12,650 nucleotides of DNA from Candidatus Krumholzibacteriota bacterium (GTDB taxonomy: Bacteria > Krumholzibacteriota > Krumholzibacteriia > JAJRXK01). The notes beneath the pieces were generated by a model that searched no databases, was not told the DNA's origin, and worked only from the letters and a program-made list of their open reading frames with translations. The stretch spans positions 1-12,650 of the forward strand of contig CAWDWO010000021.1 of the NCBI GenBank assembly GCA_963806035.1, given 5' to 3'. Below, piece after piece: positions 6,053 through 12,650 of this stretch (the first letter of the stretch is position 1; the number at the start of each line of letters is the position of its first letter). The position numbers and the translations under genes were made by a program.

Positions 6053-8971
6053 CTAGGGACCACTCTGGATTGCCGCCAGCCGCGCCCTCGCGTCCTTCAA
6101 CTGAGGCAGATTTTCGTCAGCCTTTGACCAGGCATCCAGAAATGCAAGGTAGGACTTTGCCGCATCCTCGGGGCGTTCCAAGTCCTCATACACCTGACCG
6201 AGTTCATAGAGCGCGGGGAAGTACCAGGGGTAGATGCGCGTCAGGCTGGTGAGCACTTGGCGCGACTCCTCGAACTGCCCCAGCATGGTGTGGGCTCGGG
6301 CGATCATCGCTCTCCGGGTGACATCGTATTCGTCGCCAGGATAGACGAGCTGTTCAGTGGCCTTGTCGAGGCATTCCAACGCATCCTCCGCCCGCCCCTC
6401 GGCGAGCGCGAATTCGGCTAGAAACGCCCACCAGTAGCCGTTGGGGGCGAAGATCTCGTCGACCATCGGGACGATGATCGCAATCTGTTCTCCCGCCTCT
6501 GGAACTCGACCGAGATTCAAGTCGAGCCGGGCGATCTGCAACCGAGTAAAGAACTGCTTCCGACGAGATGATGGGCGTTCGAGACTCTCCAGCATGGACC
6601 TCAAGGATTCCTCGAATACCCCTTGCAGAACCTCCGGCGGTGAGTCGTAGACCATCACGAAGACCCTGGCGCGAAAGTCCTTCACCATCAGTGGGTACGC
6701 TTCCTCCCATGCGGCGGAAGCATCTCGCCGTCGACCGCTGGCCGCCAGAAGCATCGCGAGGTTTGTGCCCAGATAATACCGTTCAAAATTCGTGAGATTA
6801 GCCATCGGAATGCCGCGTAGCTGTACGAGAGCCCGATCAACGTTGCCGCGGTAAGCGGCACAGGTAGCCAACACGAACTCTCTCTGGCCGGGCCATCCTG
6901 CTTCGAGTTCGACGGATCGCAGAAAGGCCTTCTCGGCTGCGTCGGGTAAGCCCAGTCCGAGATTGATTCGACCGATGGTCTCCCAATTCGTGGCATCCTC
7001 GGGATAGGCGGCCGCCAACTGCTTGCTCAAAGTGAGTGAATCCTCGAGCCGTCCCTTCTGGCAGAGCGCTCCCGCCAGGGTGATCTTGAGCTTGTGGTCG
7101 TCTGGATACAGTCGGAGCCCTTCCTCTGCGACGGACACAGCGTCCGCATTGAGATGGATCCAGGCCAGCATTTCAGCCAGGCCATAGGTCGCCTCCCGAC
7201 TGTCCGGCCACCGCGCGTGTATCTCTCGGTAGGTCGCGATCGCACTGGCGATCGCACGTCCGCAATCGCGGGCAAGCCAACCCTCGAGGAACATGCGCTC
7301 CATGACTCCGAGCCGCGAGCGAAGACGCCAGGCCCGCTCCCCCGCTTCGCAGCCCAGCTGGCCGTCATCTTCACTCCATGCGCTACTGGTGCCCCCGTAA
7401 GTTCTCGCGAGGGCGAACCAGGCCAGGGCGAAAGTCGAATCCGTGGCTACCGCCTCGAGCAGCTCTTGCTTGGCGCCCGTGCGCCGTCCGTTGTCCAGGG
7501 CGTCGATCCCCTGGGAGTAGTGGCGGTAGGCCTCCTCTGAGTGCGTCGTGAGGTCGGCCACGGAACCCCGCGGAGAAGCATTCGATCCGCAAGCGCGGGC
7601 CAGTGCGGGGACGATGCCGAACACCGCGCTGTCGGCGGCCGCGAACAGTACTGGCGACTGACTGCGACCTGCTCCCAAAGCCGTGCCCTCGGTGTCCATC
7701 AGCCTCCAACTCACGACCAGCTCATCGCCGCTGCGGATGACCTCGGCCATCACCAACATCGATGCCCCCGCGACGCGAGCGATTCGCATGGCTTCTTCGG
7801 GTTGGATGGGTCCTGTGGCCGTTCCCAATGTGCGGCGACGCACATCCTTGAGGTATTCGAGGGTGAGGACACGACAGGGACTGGCTTCGATGAGACCGCC
7901 CTGCACCAGACTCGTCATCGTGGCTCCCGTCCTGAGGCCGTCCTCACCCGGGGCGTCCTGAAAGTCGATCACCGCCACGGAGGGTTCACCCTGTGGCTGC
8001 GTGGGGGTGGGCTCTCCTGCACCCCACAACTTCAGCCCAATCCAGGTGGCGGCAGCGATCAGCACAACTGCAAGCAGAAGCACCCGGCGCGTATTACCCG
8101 GCGCGGTCACAGACGAAAAATTCCCGCTCGCCGTCGGCGCGGCAGATCCGGACTTTGGGTGGGGGGGAGATTCCAACACCTTGAGCTCGGCCAACAAATC
8201 GTCCGCGTGCTGGCATCGTAGGGCGGCGTCTTTTTCCAGACAGCGCAGCACCGCCCGCTCCAACTCCAGCGGAACCCCGGTTCTCAGCGCAGTGGGAGGA
8301 GTCACCTCAGCCGAGAGGATCTGGTGAGTGATGGCGCCGGCTTCGCCGAAGAAGGGCGGCCTTCCGGTGAGGCACTCGTACAACACCACGCCCATACTCC
8401 AGATGTCACTGCGTTGGTCGGCGGCTTCCCCTCGAATCTGTTCCGGACTCATGTAGGCCACGGTTCCAAGGGCCGTGCCTGAGCGCGTGATCTGCGTCGC
8501 ATCCTCCCGACGGGCCAAACCGAAGTCGAGAATCTTCACCCCACCTTTGCGGGTGAGCATCACGTTGGCGCTCTTGATGTCGCGGTGGACGATGCCATGC
8601 GCGTGGGCTTCCGCGAGACCGGCGGCGAGCGCCTTACCAATGCGGATCACATCGTCGATCGACAGCGGCCCCTGAGCGATACGGTCTCGCAGAGACTGGC
8701 CCTTGAGATATTCGAGAACGAGAAATGGCTCGCCGTCTGTTTCGCCGATGTCGTGCAGCGTCGCGATGTTGGGGTGGGAGAGTTCGGCCGCGGCCCGGGC
8801 CTCGTTGCGAAAGCGCAACAGCGATTCGTGGTCGCGGGCCAGTTCGGGAGCCAGGAACTTCAGGGCGACCTTGCGGCCGAGGCGCGTGTCCTCGGCCAAA
8901 TAGACTTCGCCCATCCCGCCCTGGCCGAGCTTCTCGAGAATGCGGTAATGGGAGATCGTCTTGCCGAGCAT
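6053..8971 (-). CDS. Membrane Hanks-type Ser/Thr protein kinase with extracytoplasmic TolB-N/FlgO-like and TPR domains
   Basis: Kinase motifs LGQGGMGEVY, VALK, HPNI, HRDIKSAN, DFG, GTVAYMSPEQ, SDIWSMG. One TM (VLLLAVVLIAAATWIGL), then PSVAVIDF, then TPR helices (EAYRHYSQG, DSTFALAW, ALYELGQVYEDL). The 972-aa ORF is intact. Confidence 0.96.
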   Translation of the reverse strand: MLGKTISHYRILEKLGQGGMGEVYLAEDTRLGRKVALKFLAPELARDHESLLRFRNEARAAAELSHPNIATLHDIGETDGEPFLVLEYLKGQSLRDRIAQGPLSIDDVIRIGKALAAGLAEAHAHGIVHRDIKSANVMLTRKGGVKILDFGLARREDATQITRSGTALGTVAYMSPEQIRGEAADQRSDIWSMGVVLYECLTGRPPFFGEAGAITHQILSAEVTPPTALRTGVPLELERAVLRCLEKDAALRCQHADDLLAELKVLESPPHPKSGSAAPTASGNFSSVTAPGNTRRVLLLAVVLIAAATWIGLKLWGAGEPTPTQPQGEPSVAVIDFQDAPGEDGLRTGATMTSLVQGGLIEASPCRVLTLEYLKDVRRRTLGTATGPIQPEEAMRIARVAGASMLVMAEVIRSGDELVVSWRLMDTEGTALGAGRSQSPVLFAAADSAVFGIVPALARACGSNASPRGSVADLTTHSEEAYRHYSQGIDALDNGRRTGAKQELLEAVATDSTFALAWFALARTYGGTSSAWSEDDGQLGCEAGERAWRLRSRLGVMERMFLEGWLARDCGRAIASAIATYREIHARWPDSREATYGLAEMLAWIHLNADAVSVAEEGLRLYPDDHKLKITLAGALCQKGRLEDSLTLSKQLAAAYPEDATNWETIGRINLGLGLPDAAEKAFLRSVELEAGWPGQREFVLATCAAYRGNVDRALVQLRGIPMANLTNFERYYLGTNLAMLLAASGRRRDASAAWEEAYPLMVKDFRARVFVMVYDSPPEVLQGVFEESLRSMLESLERPSSRRKQFFTRLQIARLDLNLGRVPEAGEQIAIIVPMVDEIFAPNGYWWAFLAEFALAEGRAEDALECLDKATEQLVYPGDEYDVTRRAMIARAHTMLGQFEESRQVLTSLTRIYPWYFPALYELGQVYEDLERPEDAAKSYLAFLDAWSKADENLPQLKDARARLAAIQSGP

Positions 8972-9363
8972 GCGCCCTTCCAGTGTGTCGAGTCCCTCCA
9001 GACTAGGTCCATCTCCTGCGGGCGGTCAACCGTGCGCAACGGGCATTGCTGCTGAGAATTCGAGCGAGGGCACAATTTTGACCCTGTGCCGCATGGTCGG
9101 GACGTTTCGCGCAGGGCATGGATGTCCGGCCAGATCGGCAGCCCGCCCTTTGCCTTGGTTCTGTCTCCGAAATTGTTCCTGGCAAGGTCGAGCCGAGCTC
9201 CTGCATCCGGGCCAGGGTCTCGTAGAGTTAGGCAATTCTCTGTGATACTTGCAGTTAGGATGAAGGGCAGGGCAAGACGACGCAGGCTGACCGGCGGATT
9301 GATCCCGTGACCACGACAGCCAAGACTGCGGTTTTCCCGACAAGCACAATTTCTGAGACAGAG

Positions 9364-9382
9364 CGGACACATTGCGTGTCCG
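9364..9382. repeat. Perfect inverted repeat CGGACAC-N5-GTGTCCG, possible regulator site
   Basis: 7-bp arms with a 5-bp spacer in the divergent intergenic region, about 100 bp upstream of ATG 9484 and just before an AT-rich patch (TTATTATTA). Confidence 0.4.
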
Positions 9383-9483
9383 GTGGGGACCGAACTTCAC
9401 GTTATTATTAGTGTGGCGTCCATCAGCTCGGCGCTATCGTCGCCAGGTCCGATCTTGGCAACGCACTCTGGAGGTCCAGCGTC

Positions 9484-9912
9484 ATGCATTTCACGATTGG
9501 TCCCGCGGCTCTGATCACAGTCATACTTCTTCTTTGCTTGTCCTGCGTAGCTTTGGCGGAGGTGACGATGACTACCGATAAGCCGAGCTACGTGGTCGGC
9601 GAAGTCGTCGAGGTCACGGCCCACAATTCGGGCCCCGAGGATCTGTTCTTCGACTGGTATCCCCTTTGGAGTTTCTGGAACGTGGACACCGGGGAGTGCA
9701 TCAGCTGGTGTGATCACTTGCCTTTGACCGAGCCCTTCCCGAATGGCGGATCGATTTTCATAAACCATGACACTGGCTACGATCCGGACCCACCGGGGAC
9801 CTACAGGGTGGAACTTTCCATGACCGATGGCCCATCCGTCACCTACGCCCTGACGGAGGCAATTCCGAACGAGCAGAGCAGTTGGTCGACCCTGAAATCA
9901 CGATACCGCTGA
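9484..9912 (+). CDS. Small secreted Ig-like protein with C-terminal 'SWxxLKxxYR' tail
   Basis: GGAGG RBS (9470-9474) and a signal peptide ending ALA|E. TDKPSYVVGEVVEVT and PGTYRVEL are typical Ig-like beta-sandwich motifs. Ends AIPNEQSSWSTLKSRYR. Confidence 0.88.
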   Translation: MHFTIGPAALITVILLLCLSCVALAEVTMTTDKPSYVVGEVVEVTAHNSGPEDLFFDWYPLWSFWNVDTGECISWCDHLPLTEPFPNGGSIFINHDTGYDPDPPGTYRVELSMTDGPSVTYALTEAIPNEQSSWSTLKSRYR

Positions 9913-9967
9913 CGGTATCACGCCACCCTTCGGGATAAGCCTCTCGTAGACATGAGGAGTCGAGCGC

Positions 9968-12594
9968 ATGCAGACACGCGCGCCCATTCGCCGCCCGCTT
10001 TTCCTTTTCTTCGAACTCATCATTGGCCTGGCGCTCCTCAGCTGCGGGGGCGACAGCGCGACCACGCCCGAAGCCACGGGACCAACCACCCTCAGCATCG
10101 CGATTGACCAAATCCAGCGCGATGCCGTCCGAACGCGTCGCCATCACGGGCATTCCGCCCGCGCAGGAGTTGTCCGGCGTGTACGCGAAGTCAAGGATCG
10201 TGGCGGGGGCGGCGAGACCGTGAGTTACGTGGGCGCAACGAGGAGGGTAATCCGTTCGTGGTCGCTCCGCTGGTTCCGGTCGAAACGGACATGGCGGCTG
10301 GCGGTACGGTCGAACTCACCTTGGCCGGCGCGGACCTCAGCTCGAACACGGTGACCCTCACGATCCAGGCGCTTCCCGCGGCGAGTGTGAGATCCAGGAG
10401 GAAGTCACCCATCTGCAGGATCTTCTCAGTTCGTGGCTAGCCCTCTTCGGCACCAGCCGCAGTGCGCTGCGCGCGATGGATCCAGCGACGATGCCAATCC
10501 GGCTCTTTCCGTTGTGGGTGGCGCAGGAACTGCTCGACGACCCGAGCAATCCCAGTTCGCTGCGCGCCATGGTGGACGGCCCGGTTCCGGTGCTCGGGAA
10601 CGCAACCCTCGATTTCGACCTGGCCAACCGTTTGCTTTCGCTCGCCGGCGGCGCGAGCTTTTTCAGCGAAGAAATAGCCTCGGTCGACAGCTTCGTGGCG
10701 GCCAACGGTCCTCTCTCCTTCCTGACGACAAGGACGTCGCCGGGCAAGGCATCCGTATCCGTGGTGGCTGGAGGTTGCATCGAAGGCGGCGACTACGGGA
10801 TCGACGATGCTGGATCGCTGGACAAGGCCATGTGGGCGGCGCGCTTCGCCATCAATCGGCTCGATGGCGCCTCGGGAGAATACGTGGACGATCTGGGCAA
10901 CTTCGTGGCCATCATGGGGGTGATCCCAGAGCTCAAGCCCCTCGCCACGGCAGTCGGAGGCGCGCTCTTCGTGTACAAGGCCATGAATCAGGCGGCCGGC
11001 GCGGTGCTGCCCTCGTCCTTCGACAACACCGCGACGGACTTCGAGATCCAGGACAAGACAGAGTTTTTCGAGGATGACGAAGGGGGCAACTGGGCCAAAT
11101 TCAAGGTCACGGCGGTAAGTCGAGGGCTGGAAGATGGACCAATTCATCTTGGAATCCATCGCGACCATCGCCGGCTTCGAGGATCTCGGTGGATTCGGCA
11201 CAGATTACGGAGGGGTTGGGTGAGCTGGCGGCAAACCTCACCGAGTTTGCCATCAACACGGCGGTGTCCCAAGCGATCAGTGCGGCGACCAACGGATCGG
11301 ACATCGTGGAGATCTGTGCCGGAGTGTGGCCCGATATCGACATCTCCGATCCCCTGTACGCCGAAGCGAGCGTTCCTTTGGGAACTTCCATCAAGTTCGT
11401 CGATTCCACCTTCTTCGAAATCAAGGAGCCGGGGAACTCCGAGATTCGCCTCGAAACCAAGTCGGGCACCTTTGGGGGCGCACCGCCGGCCATCAAACAG
11501 AAACCGGTCAAAGTCCTGCTCATCGACGTGACGGTACTTGCCGGACGCGGCCGAAATGGAGACCCAACAGCAGAAGAGCTTCACCGCGTCGGTCACCAAC
11601 GTCAACGACGACCGGGTGGACTGGATCGTGCCCGCCGGGCTTCAGGAGATTTCGCGTTCGGTCGCCGGCAACACCATCACCATCAAGACGCCGGAGAACC
11701 CCTGGAACCCCCCATTCTCACTGATTGCGCGCAGTCAGGCCAGCACCGGCTCGCGTGAAGGCAAGGTGGACAGCGACCCGCGCGAGGGGGGCGCCGTCAT
11801 CTCGTCCAAAGGCAAGAAGGTCACCATCACGCCGCAGTCCGAAGTGTATCGGCAACAGTGAGCCGCTCCAGTTCTCCGCCGTGGTGACTGGAGTGGAGAA
11901 TCCCGTCATCAAGTGGTCGGTGGATGGGTACGGCCAGATCGGGATGGACACCGGGACTCTACACCGCCCCCCGGTTGGAACGACCGACGACGTCATCATC
12001 GCCGAAGTCGTAGGCCAAGATCCGCCGCTCATGGGTTACGCCTACGTTCAGGTGGGGGCGTGTGTGTGCTACTTCGACATCGCGGTGGGCGGAGCCAGCA
12101 CGTGGAGTGTCGGCGGTGGGGATATTGCATACACAGGTCTTGGAGTTCTCAGCCAGATGAAGGGGTCATCCAGTGGTATTTCATCATTCCCGAGGGTCCA
12201 GGCGAGGGAATTCCCCGGGGGAATCAGCGCGAACGTAGCGTCAACGCCGGGCAAGCCCATTCCCCATTCCGGCGATTTTGGTGACTGGAAGATGAACATC
12301 GGCTACATCTCGCCTCAGGGCGAGAGCTGGGGCGTCAGCCAGATCGACAGCACGGTGAGTGCGACCCTTCACGTGGATGAGATGACGGATACCTTCATGC
12401 GGGGCTCGATGACAGGAACCGCTGTCCAGAGAACCGACCCCAATGACCCCGATGTGATCACCTCCAGCGTGTTCGTCACCGTGAATTTCCGCGCGGGCAA
12501 ATGGGATGGTGGTGCCTGGCCCTGTACCGAGGATGCAGCGAAGATGCCGGCGGGGCTTCCCAAATTGAAGCCGTTACGGAGCCGGTGGAAGTGA
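9968..12594 (+). pseudogene. Large surface lipoprotein with Ig-like domains (~875 codons) split by multiple frameshifts (sequencing errors or pseudogene)
   Basis: GAGGAG RBS and a lipoprotein signal ending LLS|CGGDS. Protein-like text moves between the + frames (ORFs 9968, 10023, 10258, 10476, 11189, 11538, 11725) with no internal RBS/start logic. Ig-like motifs KSFTASVTN..DDRVDW and LQFSAVVTG.ENPVIKWSV. Final TGA at 12592-12594. Confidence 0.8.
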
Positions 12595-12650
12595 ATCCAC
12601 CGGCCAGCCGCATCACTGATCGATCAGCGCGCTTCTACTTCATCAGCGTC

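Noticed and set aside
9227..9233. GTTAGGC, matching an integron attC core site
   Set aside because: No complementary RYYYAAC at a suitable distance upstream, no cassette array and no integrase.
9902..9919. Hairpin GATACCG-CTGA-CGGTATC with the UGA stop in its loop (possible recoding or SECIS)
   Set aside because: The readthrough frame is not protein-like and does not join the next gene. The geometry is not that of a bacterial SECIS, and the C-terminal motif fits a true stop.

Overview
GC-rich bacterial DNA dominated by transmembrane signalling and secreted proteins. On the + strand are an ECF sigma factor, a membrane anti-sigma factor and a secreted protein in one operon (157-1944), then a SIMPL/DUF541 gene and a TIMP-like secreted gene (2233-3551). 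These converge at a hairpin terminator with a - strand BlaI repressor/M56 peptidase operon. Its sigma70-type promoter is overlapped by two palindromic operator boxes, and the peptidase ends in a Gln/Glu coiled coil instead of a beta-lactam sensor. Next are a membrane Ser/Thr kinase-TPR gene (-), a small Ig-like secreted protein ending in an 'SSWSTLKSRYR' putative sorting tail, and a ~875-codon surface lipoprotein gene broken by many single-base indels (probably sequencing errors). From my recollection of such tails, an uncultured FCB-related lineage (Krumholzibacteriota/Eisenbacteria/Latescibacterota-like) is plausible. No rRNA, tRNA, CRISPR array or mobile element is evident. All family calls come from motif recognition by eye, not database searches.
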